NCBI RefSeq assembly: GCF_964355755.1
Contig: NC_092673.1
Coordinates: forward strand, 12,620,948-12,684,947
Reading direction: 5' to 3'
Source: Antedon mediterranea
Lineage: Eukaryota; Animalia; Echinodermata
DNA: 64,000 bases
Each line of letters begins with the position of its first letter. Positions within the stretch are counted from its first letter, which is position 1. Below, one piece after another: positions 26,150-39,760 of this stretch. The notes beneath the pieces were generated by a model that did not search any database, was not told where the DNA came from, and was given only the letters and a program-made list of their open reading frames with translations. The position numbers and the translations under genes are program-made.

Positions 26150-27969
26150 AGAAAACCATAAGGAGTACTGTGTTTCCCTCCTTTATTTCTCGTCCCAATC
26201 TTGAAGTATTTTAAAACACAATTATAATCTTTGCCCTTTGAATTTTACTAAAAAGACAACTTCTTAATGAAACTATTAAAATTAGATAATGATTTTGAAC
26301 CTCATATATTAGGGATTTTAAACAAAATACTATGCTATGTAATATATTTATTACCTTGCAACCATTCCTTTGTAGCTGTATTTTAATAGTTGGTGAGATT
26401 TGTGCTATATACCTTACTAATAGGGTTGATTATAAAATCTTCCCAACACTTTCATCTGCTTTTGATCCTGTACATGAAATAAATTGTACAAACAAATATC
26501 ATTTGTGCTTAAAATATGTTTATGCTTTCTTTGTTGTAGTTTTATACTTACATGGTGTGATGTATTCTCTTGGTTCAAGTAGACCATGTGCACACGTTGG
26601 CCATTTGACTTGTTCATGAATACCCCTTAGTGGTTGATGATGGAATTGAATTTTGCTCTTCTAAGATGTTGATAATCATCTATGTTATTGGTATCTGGGC
26701 TTTGTGGTGGCCAGCCAGTACACCATTGTGATAATAGGGCTGATCCACCTTTTGATAATTTCACAGCCACTATTTTTGACTGGCAGCCAGTAATTTTAGT
26801 CAAATTAGAGATAAAGTCAAATTTATAATTTTTTTCTCAATCAAAATTAATGAGAGAAATGTAGTGGTGGACAAAAGCACATCGGATATTCTATACACTA
26901 GTAAAAAAAAATAAAATGATCTATATTTGAAAACCTTTAGCAATGTGTCATGCATCAAAATAATGAATTATGTTGGCGTGTTTGCGAAATAAGCAGCAAC
27001 ACCAATGTGCCTATGTGATACAATTCTTTGCTTACATGTCCATTTGCCTGCAATTTTGTTTTGAATTCTACAAAATCCTTCCACGCCGTTTGAACTTGAA
27101 CACTCGTCCTTCTATATACACCAAAGTTATTTTTTTTAAACAGTATAAAATAGATTTTTATTCTTTAGAAGTTAATATTCCAGGATTCAAGTTCCTAAAA
27201 TGAAGATACTTTTCTGACATCAACTCCCTGTTGACTTTAGAAATGTGTAATTGTGGGCAAATGTACTGCATATGCCTTCCCCAATATTTCCCCAACATTT
27301 CTTCTAGAAAGCGTATTTTAAAAAAAACCTTATTATTGGTAATAATGTTAAATTACAGTATATATCAATGACAAAAGCAACTTTGAAAGCAATGTAAACA
27401 TTAACATAAACAAAACAACAAACTGCAAAAATCTAATGACAACAATATCAACAATCATATCAGTAATACACCCCTTACAATAGTATCAATTACTCTATTA
27501 TAATTTTTATCTAAGAAAAGAATTGTTTTTCTTTCATACTTCTTTATTTGTTTCAATCCAATGAGATAAATAAACACCTCACAATAAATTACAAAGTGAC
27601 TGGTCTGGGAAATATATTGATTAGGCAGTCATTGACCTTTGTTACATATAGTTTATTGGGCATATGATTGCGTCGTAGCAAAGTGTAGTACGTGAAATGT
27701 TATTGGTAATTCCGAGAAGTATTTTTTGACAAAATTGCGGTAATGAAGTACTAGTTGAAAAAAAATGATCCGGTATCTTTGTCAATTTCCTCCTTTGTAC
27801 TTTCTCCTATTGAAAGAAGATATGAAAATTCCACTTAAACGCAGAGTAAAAAAGTCTTAATAGCATTTTATAACAGTAAATTTGACTTTTTTTTAATTTT
27901 GCACAAAACATTTACAGTACTCCAGTTAATAAATTACAGCATATAGCTTTTTTTTTTTTTATTTTACTT

Positions 27970-28904
27970 GTTTAATTCTTTTAGTTCTTTTCTTAATGCT
28001 TTTTAAGTTCCGGCGGCAAGTTTTTGTTGCTTTTGTTTCTTTTGCATTTTGCTTTTAAGTTGTTCAGTTAAAGCAAACCCTCTAATTTTTTTTAATAACT
28101 CAACAACATTGTCCAACACATCCATTTCTGTGTATTTGGTGAGGTTATAAGGTTACTCCATATATGTGTTACCAGTTTATACTTTAGTATTGTAGACTTT
28201 ATGTTAATTAAAGAATCATGTTGTAAACTATCACTGTTTATTAACTTCCTAATCCAACGCTCAATTAAAATAATTAAATTAAGACATTTTGTTGAGGGGT
28301 AAATCAAACCGCCTCTGTCCAAACTTTGTGTCCATGAACATCTACTGTCTACACCATTATCAGTGGTCAGATTGCTAAGCATCTCTATTTCAACTGGCTT
28401 GTTCATGTACCTTTTTTTCAATTTTCTTATAATAGAACCTGTAATATGATGGATGATTTGCTTGTCTGCTGTAGTTACTAACTCTATTTCCATATTATTT
28501 ATTATTGATGTAGTTATGCAGGTCAAAAATCTTTCAACAAAAGCCTCTTTTTCAGTTTCTGTATTATTAATATTAGTGATTATCTTATTCAAAAAATCAT
28601 TAATAAACTTTCTGTTTATCCTCAGCTGGAAAACAGCTTTTAGGATATCTGCAGCTGTGGGCTGCAGCAGACTATCCATAATTTCTTCCGATAAAAACAT
28701 ATTTATTTTAGATTGATTCTCTAATATTGATTTTGCAATTGAGATCACACCTGAACCACACTTGGACCATGATGCATGGTGAATGTCATCGGTTACTAAT
28801 ATGTTCAGTGCATCTGTCACCATGTGTGGCAAATCTTCATTAATTTCCTTGGCAGTGGTAAGTGGTAAAGGACTAGGCCTACAGGCTGTTGATTTTGTTG
28901 CCAT
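27970..28904 (-). pseudogene. ORF with P-element/THAP9-like C-terminal motif (transposon accessory gene?)
   Basis: 270-aa ORF with IIHHITGSIIRKLKK and WTQSLDRGGLIYPS; after a frameshift continues IRGFALTEQLK...KALRKELK. Confidence 0.5.
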
Positions 28905-29418
28905 AACTGAAAAAAAAACACTAATTGACGAGCTTTCTTATTTATTTATATCGTATATTGCTCTTTAATTTTCCCTGATTTAAAATTATTAAATTATGTT
29001 GTCTTTTTACATGTGACATAGCCTAATAATTATAGGCATACACTTTAAAAATGAATGAATGCCTTATTGAACCTAACCTCTAGGCCTCCTAATACTACTA
29101 CACCTATAGGCTAGGGCCTTGGCCTACTATTTATTAATAATTAGCCTAGGCCTATATAGGGGCCTAATAAAATAATTAATAATAAATATGCTGGCCTGGC
29201 TAAATAATGAATAGGCCTACTTCTGTAGGCCTATTATATGTAGGCTAATATTTAATAATTATCCCAAAGAAACCTTTTTTTTTTTAATTAAGTCTTGTAG
29301 TGTTGTACTCTGGTGTTAATAAACATTTTTACAGAAAAAATTAATACCTAATTTAACATTTTTAAACAACATAAATAATGTTTATTAACACCCTAGTCTT
29401 GTTCGTCTTCGTTGTTTA

Positions 29419-29536
29419 TCTCGCGAGATTTAAAAACCCCTCTAAAAACTTTTTTCATGGATCACTGATTTTGATAAACAGTTAATCTGCGCTTGCGCGA
29501 ATTCGCTGATTGGCCGGTGACTTAGCTAATTTGCAT
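29419..29536. promoter_or_regulatory. Promoter-like motif cluster
   Basis: Palindrome TCTCGCGAGA (29419-29428), CCAAT box as ATTGG (29509-29513) and octamer ATTTGCAT (29529-29536), upstream of the minus-strand ORF starting at 28904. Confidence 0.4.
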
Positions 29537-30351
29537 AACAAAGAGGTATACTACACTGAACCTGGCGGCAAGTGCCACACAAAGGGAAATCGCTAGCGTT
29601 TCCAATCTCTTTGATTGTTGTCTCAGTTGATATACAGTTACGTTTTCCTCCTGCAAATCCGATTGAGACTTGTAGTATCTGTAGCACAAAGATTAAATAA
29701 GTTTTATTTTTAACATTTTTATCAAATTTAATGTTTTCATAACCTGATATATAAGGTCAATGACGGTTTGCAAAACTCGTATTAATTTTAGAGTATTTCG
29801 TATGATTATTTTTTGCACAAGTACAAACACATAAGCTTTAGTTTCCACTACAACCAAAGAATATACTGTATACAGAATGAGGAATCGCGATTTTTGCATA
29901 CCAACAGATATTGTTTGATGGGCTTTTATTTGTGGCACTGGGTTATATTTGAGGGAGAACTTTATGTTTTGGATGCAATATGGTAACATGTATAATACAA
30001 TAAAAGCTTCTTGATAATAAAAAAAATACAACATAGTTAATGATTAAACCGAACATTGCATCAAAATGCTTAGATCATGACAGTCAATGATTTCTAATAA
30101 CAAATAAGTACTGTATGCGGCGGGCGTTAATTCGAGAGAGAAAAGGACCCAGATGTATTTGTATTTTGTATATATCGTTATCTATCCCTCTTGGGGCAAT
30201 TAATAAAAAGAGATGGATTACATCATCCTAATGTAAAATTTATAAATTACAACATCAAATATATAATTTACAACATAGTAAAATGTTTAAGTTTATTAAA
30301 GGTTAAATAAAAAAAAAATAAAAAATGTATAAAATTGATTTACTTAATAGT

Positions 30352-30443
30352 CATGCAGTACTCACCAAACATCATGCAGTACACACCAATCATCATGCAG
30401 TACACACCAATCGTCATGCAATACACATCAGTCGTCATGCAGT
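30352..30443. repeat. Tandem repeat, 21-bp unit x ~4.5
   Basis: CATCATGCAGTACACACCAAT variants. Confidence 0.85.
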
Positions 30444-33050
30444 CAAATATTGCGCAATTCATACCGCCACCTATCGTCAAAATTGATATCACGTGACGTT
30501 TATTAGACGGCTGTAAAACTAAGACTATTTAAACTTCTTTTATAGAATTCAATAATTGCAATGGCCTCCTAGCCGCGCAGTAAGTGCCATCGATTTCTTT
30601 TCATTCTGTACTTATTTTAACCGCTACAAATCTCTGTGAATGCTCTGTTTTTTATATATATACAATAATTTATTATGTGAGACACATAAAATAGAAAACA
30701 AACTAAGAATGTAAAATTAAACTGTTCATTTTTATTGCAAGTGAAAAGGTGCAGTAGAGTTGCATATACAAACACTAGATTCTTAAATAAAGAAATACAC
30801 AGAATACATTACAAAGTACTGGAATCAAGTGTGTAGTTTAATCAATAAATAAGCAAACAACTACACACTTGATTTAGATCTAATTTAAGGTCACAAACTA
30901 CATTTATTGTAAAAATAAATACTTTATGGTCCTATTGTGTTAAAAATGTGAAAAATAAGTTGATTCTAATCATTTTAACTTTGATTTGCCGTTTTATTGG
31001 AAAATGTTTAACACAATGATATACTGAGACAAAAAAAGGTTTTAGACTGTCTTCATTATTTTCTTCATTCCTCTTTTTTTCTTTTCTTTCCAAGTATTCT
31101 ATCAGCCAATCATCAACACCCCCTTTTTTTTTTCCCCTTATTCGCAGTTTCTGAAAAATTTTAAAAGAAGAATAAAAATGTATAGTATACAGTCAACTTT
31201 ATTCAATTGACTTGGCTATGTCAACTGTTAATTTGTTGATAATTATTATGCCTTATATATTGACTGTTTTTTATTCATTTAATTTTACCTGACTTATCTA
31301 TGCCCTTTCATCACATTCTACACCATAATACAGTTCAGAATCATCATTCTCTGGATAAAATTGCAGTAGTAGATGTAGAAGTAGATAGTCCTTGCGGGGG
31401 TCCTTGACTTTACTGTAGGTCCTGAATTTGATACAAACAATAAAATATCAGCATTTATTTGATAAACAAGTAAGAGTTGAAAACTCATGTCTTCTCTCTC
31501 GACGTCGTTGTAACGCGAAAAAATGAATAGAGGATTCCGCTGCCTCTACTAGTAGGCTCACAGTGTAGGAGACGTGGGCCTAGGCATACTAATATCTCTA
31601 TACTGATGGTTCTTCGTTTTCAGTAGGCCTATCCTAGGCCAAATAGCATTTTGGACTAGGCAGAATACTTAGACCTACCTAATATCCCCACGCCTACTTT
31701 CCGGAACATCATTTTATAGTCACTTTGGCAAGGCTAGACCTAGCTTTGACCGCGCCGCGATGCAACAAAAATAAATGTAGTCAGCAGAATTTGCCATCAA
31801 TTACGTGACGTCATGTGCTGTATCGCCAAGATGATTGGTCAGTTCTTACGTTTTAGCATTGGGATATCGCTAGAGTTGAACTGGATTCAACTCTAGCGAT
31901 TGTCAACGATTGCGAATTGTAGCGTCGATTACTGTCGATTATTACACCTTTTTCTGTAAATCGTTGTTAGTTAAAAAAGTACCTTTTCCTGTAAATCTTT
32001 TAAGATGTCAACTACAACATACAGGGGAAGCATATTTAACAGTGGAATGTAAGGTGTTGAAAGATGCGTTCCAACAAGTCTATGTAAATTAGAAACTCCA
32101 AACCTCCATAAAAACACAAACCCTTTTGCGAATGTTGCAGTAACTGCTCCGGTGTGTTTTTTATTTGAAACGGTAGTGCGACCAATATGCCAACCTATCA
32201 CATTCCAACATGGAACGACAATGAACAAAGGTAACGCCAATCATGGCGAGGCCAAAGTGAATTCCAACAAACAGAAAATGAATTATGCTAAATTTAGTTT
32301 TGAGCACACAGAAAAAAAATTACTAGGTAAATAGTTAGTCAATGTTATGCGAAGGCTAGTAGCAAGGTATTTATAAGTGTGTTCTTTATTTTCTCCATGG
32401 TTTTCAAATTTGAATTTTCCCGTTTCTTTCCGTAATCTTGAATATTGTCATCTTCCTACAGTATGTAAAAAAACATACTTCATATTTTATTCTGGAAAAC
32501 TAATCGTACATGGATGGTACTCCTATGGGGTCTAGATTTGTAAAAAAAATATAAATTTTAAAGAAAAATTATATACAGAGTAGGCCTATGCAGTGTAAAA
32601 ATAGTATTAAATAATAAAATTATAAATTGAGAACTAATGCTGTTTGCCATACCATGCTAATAATATTGAGGAGTTGCTATCCAATAGAATTTAAACAATA
32701 CCATGATTCATGAAAAGCCCTATAGAGAGCAAATCAATCAGAATGTTCCGAACTCGAATCTTGGTTGGGGCGGCCTTTCTCATTCTCAGATTTCTTCATC
32801 TTTTATCATCTAGGCTAAATTATTATATTTTACCTTATCATTGATCTCATCATCATCATCAAATTCAAATCTTCTTGTGGGCTTTTTGTTCGATTGCACT
32901 TACCAAAGGTAGGTGTAGCTGTTATGAGCCCGTTTTTATAAACATGTCCCTCTTCTCCATTAACTTCTTTCTGTCATCTAGGCCTAGAGGATAGCTATAA
33001 TAAATATGAGCAATGTTTTAATTTAATTATTAATAGGAGGCCTAGGCCTA

Positions 33051-33578
33051 CACTGTAAAAAAAAATATGTAAAAAAACAGCAAAAAGTGGTGTCACCTGG
33101 TGTCAACCGCGTCGCCATACCGTCTGTTTTTTTACTTAACATTACCTGTTGTACTTTTTATTTTCATAAAATCTGTAAATAGAAAATACAACATGTGATG
33201 TTAAGTAAAAAAACAGAAGGTATGGCGACGCGGTTGACACCACTTTTTGATGTTATTTTTTTTAACAGAAATTCTGTATATAAAAATACAACATGGGATG
33301 TTAAGTAAAAAAACAGACGGTATGGCGACGCGGTTGACACCACTTTTTGATGTTATTTTTTTAAACAGAAATTCTGTATATAAAAATACAACATGGGATG
33401 TTAAGTAAAAAAACAGACGGTATGGCAACGCGGTTGACACCAGTTTTTGCTGTTATTTTTTTAACCAGAAATTCTTTATATAAAAATACAACATGGGATG
33501 TTAAGTAAAAAAATAGACGGTATGGCGACGTGGTTGACACCAGTTTTTGCTGTTATTTTTTTAAACAGAAATTCTGTA
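33051..33578. mobile_element. EnSpm/CACTA terminus with ~100-bp subterminal repeats
   Basis: Begins ta|CACTGTAAAAAAA; one copy of GTGTCAACCGCGTCGCCATACCGTCTG, then four tandem ~100-bp copies in inverted orientation. The opposite terminus was not found. Confidence 0.7.
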
Positions 33579-33979
33579 TTATTGGCTTATCTATAAAAAT
33601 AAGGAAAACCCTGAGAGTACAAATTGCAGTAATGTAAGATATCAGTACATTTACGCATCAAAATTACATAGCATGGTACGATAATTATCAATGATGTCAT
33701 TAATACCACTTTGGTAACCACAATCTAAATAATCATAAATTATTAATGTGAATGTTACAATCAATGTAATGAAAACTATCATTAAGTCAATCAACTATGG
33801 ATAAAATATAACATATTCAATACAGCTAACAGAGTGATATCAAACAGTACACCCTAGTCTGGGTTCCAGACGGAGTTTTGACTTAATATTACTAATTAGT
33901 AAACAAATAAATATTTTGGCACATATGGCGTTTCATACGTATACTACTTGAGCTTCAGACAAAAATCGAAATAAAAAAA

Positions 33980-34359
33980 ATAAATAAAAAAGACAATAAA
34001 TACAGACTTGTGGCAAGTCTAAGTACACCCCAGTACTGTAGTAATACAACATAATAAAAAAGACAATAAATACAAAACTCATTAAAAAGATTCATTCGGT
34101 TGGTATTCCAAATAAAATATAATAGTATAATATAATTATATTTCAACTGTAATAGTAATGATAAGTAACAATGGTTGGACATACGTGTCACTACACTTTG
34201 AGAAAGCCAACTGATAGTTGGCGAAACGTCGGGTACCGTAAATAAAACAATCATTATTTACCATTACTATTGAGATATAATTAACTATTATATTTTATTT
34301 TAATAAATACAGACTTGTGGCAAGTCTAAGTACACCCCAGTACTGTAGTAATACAACAT
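33980..34359 (+). mobile_element. Penelope-like LTR remnant between ~57-bp direct repeats
   Basis: AATAAATACAGACTTGTGGCAAGTCTAAGTACACCCCAGTACTGTAGTAATACAACAT at ~33994-34051 and ~34302-34359; hammerhead motif in between. Confidence 0.6.
34195..34234 (+). ncRNA. Minimal hammerhead ribozyme motif
   Basis: ACT-TTGAGAA-A-GCCAACT-GAT-AGTTGGC-GAAACGTC-GGGT: perfect 7-bp stem II, GAAAC/GUC with palindromic ACGT stem III; the core deviates from CUGANGA. Confidence 0.55.
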
Positions 34360-34417
34360 CAAGGTAGAGTTTTTATACAGTTTAGTATTATAATTAAAAA
34401 TCTACTTTAAATGTGAG

Positions 34418-36699
34418 CATGGAGTAAAGAATAAGAGGAGGCACAACACGGCCTAGCTATCCAGTTAATCCAATTAGTATCACGCTGTGCGGTAGTGCTT
34501 AAGCATAGGGTAATAAACTTCCCATAACGATCCTTTGAAGAACATCCTGTTTACCCGTGCAGCTCGCTGCAGAGTCGGCTCTGATTACGTAACACCCTAA
34601 TTAAGGAAGAAGCCAGGCATGACATCGGTGACAAGAAAAGTAAACAGAGGCTGCGCAGTAGTTTCTAATACATCATAGTGAAGCATGACCTTTGTGCAGT
34701 TGTTCATTGTTCTTTGAGCTTTTTTCTCGAAAAAACCGTTTAAAAATCGAGTAAATTTTCACGGAGATATCGCAGTTTTTATACCAGCTAACAAATTAAT
34801 CATATTTTTTATCAAGCCATAGACGTATCATTTGGTAAATCGAAATTTTACCGTTTAAGCAACTTTTTAATTTACGAACCCTAGTGCATTTTGTAGCATA
34901 TTAAAGACTCCAACTTATTTTAAATCACATTTTAGTGCGCGCAAATGCGCGCATGAAAAAAATTATATAATTTGTTCTCATGAATATTCAAAAATATACG
35001 TATATTAGAATTCCAACGACACAATTTCTTATTTTTATTACTGTATATGACATTTAATTTATGTTTCAGTCTATATTATGACTGTTTAGCAAAACTAAAA
35101 TTCTTCTATTTTAGTCTGATATTGTATAATTAAATTATTTATGATATTAATATCATAAAATATATGATTTTTACGATCACATACTTAGAGTTCAGTGAAA
35201 TTGTAGGACTTAAATTATATATCGTTTAACGATTTGTGGCTACACATAGGCCTAGTAGTTCGTAATATATTATTATTTAATAAATAGCCTAAATAAGGAT
35301 AATATTTAATCCCATAATGATGGACATATTTAGTGCATACCGTAACCGGTAGGCCTAATAGGTTCAGGCATAGGCGCGCCTATAGTAACAATAAACAATA
35401 TCAATAATAATAATAATAGGTTTTTTTTATGTAGGTCTATATTAATATATTAATAACTGTAATAACGTTAGAAAACAAATAGTAGTAATATTTTATTAAA
35501 GAAGAAATTAATCAATTAGTTTTAGTTTTCGGTTGGTCGTTATTATATAATATGGTATAAAATGGTACGGTACTACGAGAATATTCGTTTAGTATCAACC
35601 CGTAACAACAACTACAAATGATATGTGTTGGTTGTTTTAATTCAATTACAAATATAGTCTATGCTCTTTTGTAATTATAAGCCATTGTTTAAAAGGATTA
35701 TGTACAGTTCGGTACATAGCGGTTAATCGTAAAATTAAAAAATCGGACATACGAACAATAGATCGCCAACATTAGCCTATTCGTACCCTTTTGCTGTATT
35801 GCGTACGTCGATCACGACTGACGCGGCTGTAAACTTCGCCTGGAAAGTAACTAGTACAGTACACATTCTGGTCCCTGGATGGAACCGCAATGGAGCAGGT
35901 CCAATGTTAAACAATTCGTACAAAGGGGAACCGCCAGACAAGTGCGTACCTATTCATTGTTTATTAGATCGCTGGCAATAATGCATGCAAAGTGCAATAG
36001 CTCTCCGCTCCACCAACGTACAATACTAAAAAAAATGGAACGTCGCGGTTTTTCTAGGCGCTGAAGTTATACGAAGTGAACGCGAATGATTTTTACTGTA
36101 TATTATATTCCCCGACGAAAAGTACTCGCGTTTCCCAGACGGGGAAGAGGGGAAGGGGGGGGGGAGACGACGAGGGGATACAGCCCCCGTAGCCCCCCGC
36201 TGGCACCACCACTGGTCCTTATTAAACCCATTAATTCATCATGATTCATGATAAGTTGTCTGGAGAAATTACCAACATTTAGTACACAGTAAACCATATA
36301 AATATAATTCCTTTATTGGTGCCGTATAAAACTCGTATTATTAATTTATTAATAAAAGATATCCAGTAGAATATATATATAGCGCTGCTTTTTAATAAAA
36401 ATTAATAAACAAGGTCGGAATACAAGTTCAGTAGGTCTACAAACAGTATATAGTACACCTTTCACGCTTGAACGCACATCGCCTAGCAAGAGTATTGTGA
36501 CGTCCTAATACGCATGTGTACTAACACCAAAATTGACCGCGGGCAGTAAACATTGTAACTCTTTGCTAATTGGGTTACGTAACGGCAGTGTTTAGCACCT
36601 CCTTAAATACTCATTACAAGCATAGCCTTAAGCAAGCGGTAAACACGATGAACTGACTGAACTATTCAAGTTGTGTCTCCTCTTATTCTTTACTCCATG
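34418..36699. mobile_element. Non-autonomous P-superfamily element (2282 bp), 7-bp TSD
   Basis: atgtgag|CATGGAGTAAAGAATAAGAGGAGGCACAAC ... GTTGTGTCTCCTCTTATTCTTTACTCCATG|atgtgag: 30-bp TIR with one mismatch, CAT..ATG ends, exact 7-bp TSD. Confidence 0.88.
35700..36214 (-). mobile_element. hAT-like non-autonomous element end, nested in the P-like element
   Basis: Terminus CAGTGGTGGTGCCAGCGGGGGG on the minus strand; extensive reverse-complement similarity to 62934-63850. Confidence 0.6.
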
Positions 36700-37416
36700 A
36701 TGTGAGCAACCATATGAATATTATAAATATAAAAGAAGAATAACAAAATGTTTTCTCTCTGCTACACAATCATTATAAAGGGAGTGACTCATGGAATGTA
36801 AATTAGGTCTACATTCCAACGCCACCAAACGACACAACAAATGACAAACTTTCGATACCTGACATTAATTTACATGTTATTGTTGAAATTCAATTCAATT
36901 CAATTCATTTATTTTCCAGAAGACATATAATACAATTAAAAATACAAACACAAGAAAACTGACACCAGTCTGGCGGATTGTAGAAAAGTGACGAAGTCAC
37001 TATGTGAGTACTCTCCTTCTGGTGCAGACAAAAACAACAAGTTAACAGCAAATGAAATTAAATAAGGAAGGGAAAAACTTAGAGGAACCAAAGGCATCAA
37101 TCAGTCACTTCAATACAGACTATGAAAAGCAAATTGTAGGGCCTTCTATTGTTATGTAACTAAATACTAGTAATAAGCAATAATAATAGTACTGATTTAT
37201 ATGTACTGTACATGGTATGATACCTAGACAAAATAGCAAGCATATCTGTTTGTCCAATTTAGGACTTGAAATCAATGTACTACCAGGGAGTAAAAACTCT
37301 TTGGTTTCCTTATGGTCTCTTTCTTCTGCATAACGTAGAATAAATCATTTATTTTAAAATATTAAACCCGTATTAAACATTTTATATTAACTGCATTTCT
37401 GCTAAATTTGGACTCT

Positions 37417-38047
37417 CAGTGGGTGATCGTTAGCAGTACCCAAAATGCAATGTACTCAAACAGTCAATTCAAACGTTATCAAAGTGTCAAAGGCTGTCAA
37501 TCAAATAACTGTTTTTGCAGCTAAAAGTTGTACAGAGCGATAACCGGAACATTCTAACACTAAAATCAATTAGGTGTTTTTAACCGTTATTTTAAGGCTG
37601 CCATTTAACCGGTTATTGAAAATTTGTCATGTTTCTTTTTTCAAGAAATTGGGGTTAGTTTATTCACACCATTAATAATCTAACAGAAACAGGACCTTAG
37701 GGTTTGTTTCTGCTGCATAGCGCTGAATAAACCGATAATTTCAAAACTGTAATTTTTATATTTTGCTCCAAAATTAACGTTTAAATCAGTGGGTGGTCGT
37801 TAGAATTACCCAAAATGCAATTGGTCCTGGTGGTTAATTCTAACGTTACTGCAGGGTTAAAAAAAAAAATTGCTCAGCGATAACCGGTTAAAACACCGAA
37901 TTGACTGGGTGATGTTAACCGGTTATTTTGCGATGCCTTTTAACCTGTTTCCATAAAATTGTCCTGTTTCTGCTCCCAAGAAATTGGAGTTAATTTATCA
38001 CACCGTTTTTAACCGATTGTTTTCGTGCAGCAGAAACAGGACCTTAG
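37417..38047. repeat. Diverged tandem duplication (~370-bp period), probably MITE-derived
   Basis: CAGTGGGTG(A/G)TCGTTAG..TACCCAAAATGCAAT, AGCGATAACCGG, TTAACCGGTTATT and CAGAAACAGGACCTTAG each occur twice in the same order. Confidence 0.75.
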
Positions 38048-38465
38048 ATGCTTTCAAATTAAACCCTCTAGAGCTTTTAGCCATACATCATTATGACAAG
38101 CTTCACAATCCTGTCAGTATTTTACACATATATGATACTGACCTCTTGTAATTTTTTTATAGTATTTTTTTTCTTTATGGTGTTTCATGTTACAAAGCAA
38201 TAAAAGCTATACTACTACTGTACTTATTCTACTTATTATATAAATATATATGACTTTGGAATATTTTCTTACATGACACGACACCTTTCCATTTAATTAT
38301 TCTTTGTTCTTACAATCATCTATGTTGACTTTTTCACACACTTTATAATTTCACATCTATCTTTAGCATTCTTACAAGTTCTTTCTTTGCATTTAAAATG
38401 TGTAATATGACAAGATGTATTTGCACATACGGTTAATTGATTATGCCATATCTATTGTTCTTGTT

Positions 38466-38674
38466 TTAGACTGTTGTCTGTCTGCCTGTTGTGTTTTCTG
38501 ACTGCTGAGCATGAGTCATTTTTTTATGAAATAACCAGATTAATGGAACACCACCTGTAAACATCAAACTAGCACCTAAGCCAATTCTTCCTTGTGCTTT
38601 AGGAAAGCAAATCATCAAGATTACAGCGATTACAAGTAGAAAAAAAAAAATCCAGTAACTATCCACCAGTGTTC
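38466..38674 (-). CDS. Candidate terminal exon encoding two transmembrane segments (unidentified)
   Basis: TTTGATTTCAG acceptor, then TLVDSYWIFFFLLVIAVILMICFPKAQGRIGLGASLMFTGGVPLIWLFHKK...* with no interruptions. Confidence 0.35.
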
Positions 38675-39379
38675 TGAAATCAAAGTAGAACAAAAATATT
38701 TTTGATTGAGCTTTTAAAGATCTTTCATTTAGATTTGTTACTATTAAAAGGGGTTCTCTGAAGGATTTTTCTGGGCTGGGTAGAAAAAAAGAAAGGGAAG
38801 GTGAGGGAAGTCAAAGAAGGGAGAAGGAAAAGGAAATTATGTATTATTACTTGTACAAGTACCAAGTATTATATAAGCTGTGACAGCATAGATTGCAACT
38901 GTCTCGCTGATTTTAAAAAGGAAATTCCCAGGCGCGAAAACATGTAAATACTATTGCCTAGTCGTAGTCAAACAGTTACTAATTGGTTGCAGTGTATCTA
39001 AAATCAGGCCTATTTTTCTTTCCAACATAGCCTGACATTTTCAAATAAAAGTATAATTGTAATTTCTGGCAGCACCTCTATTAAAAAAATTCTCTGGAGA
39101 CAATTTTCAGGGACCTATAAGCTCCATTTTTCAAAGTTTTCTTACATATTTTTTTTAAGGAAAGGTATTACACCAGGCGATAAATTAGTAACTGTGAAAA
39201 TTATTATCTTTGAGCCCCCTGACCCAAGGCCCCAGTTACACGACTTACTAAAATTAGCTTAAAATAATTTATAGTTAAATTTAAAGAAAATATATTTCTT
39301 ACAAACTACATCCAGTCTTTAAGCACAACTTACAGACACTGAGCTAACAAAAATAAGAAAAGTTAAATACCTTTTAGTC

Positions 39380-39760
39380 ATAGTCATAGTCATATATACT
39401 TTATTGTCCATTTAAAAAACAGAAATGTGATTTGAAAACTGGCAAAATACAAAAATATAAAATACAATTTACAAAAACACACACAAAAAGTTAAGAGGCT
39501 AAAAATTGTTAAAATTAGATAAAAATTATCGGTTACAATTACATTTTACCTTTGTACTCTGGAGTTATATAAGTGTATAGCATTAGGTACAAACGAGCAC
39601 CTAAACCGTTTTGTTTTGGTATTAAGTGCACGTAGTCTTATGCCAGAATTCATGAGAGCAAATTGTTTGTGAAGAGGATGTGTTTCATCATCAATGATAC
39701 TTTTTACTTTTTTTATAAACCTCCAATAAGACTTCATATGTTTCAGACTAGAAATGAAAA
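39380..39760 (-). mobile_element. LINE 3' end (Rex1/Babar-like)
   Basis: SIIDDETHPLHKQFALMNSGIRLRALNTKTKRFRCSFVPNAIHLYN*, then AATAAA and a (TATGAC)n tail on the minus strand. Confidence 0.7.

Noticed and set aside
25531-26204. Six overlapping repetitive ORFs / possible CRISPR array
   Set aside because: Pure head-to-tail 41-bp tandem repeat with no unique spacers and no cas genes; the ORFs are artefacts of a stop-free unit.
31864-31900. Hairpin ATCGCTAGAGTTGAA-CTGGA-TTCAACTCTAGCGAT as miRNA or terminator
   Set aside because: Resembles the central palindrome of Harbinger MITEs (compare ~11826-11862); most likely a MITE remnant.
31971-32290. Hydrophobic 89-aa ORF
   Set aside because: No recognisable domain and stops in the adjoining frame; cannot support a gene call.
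33187-33578. CRISPR-like ~100-bp periodicity
   Set aside because: Full-unit tandem repeats adjacent to a CACTG terminus, i.e. EnSpm subterminal repeats.
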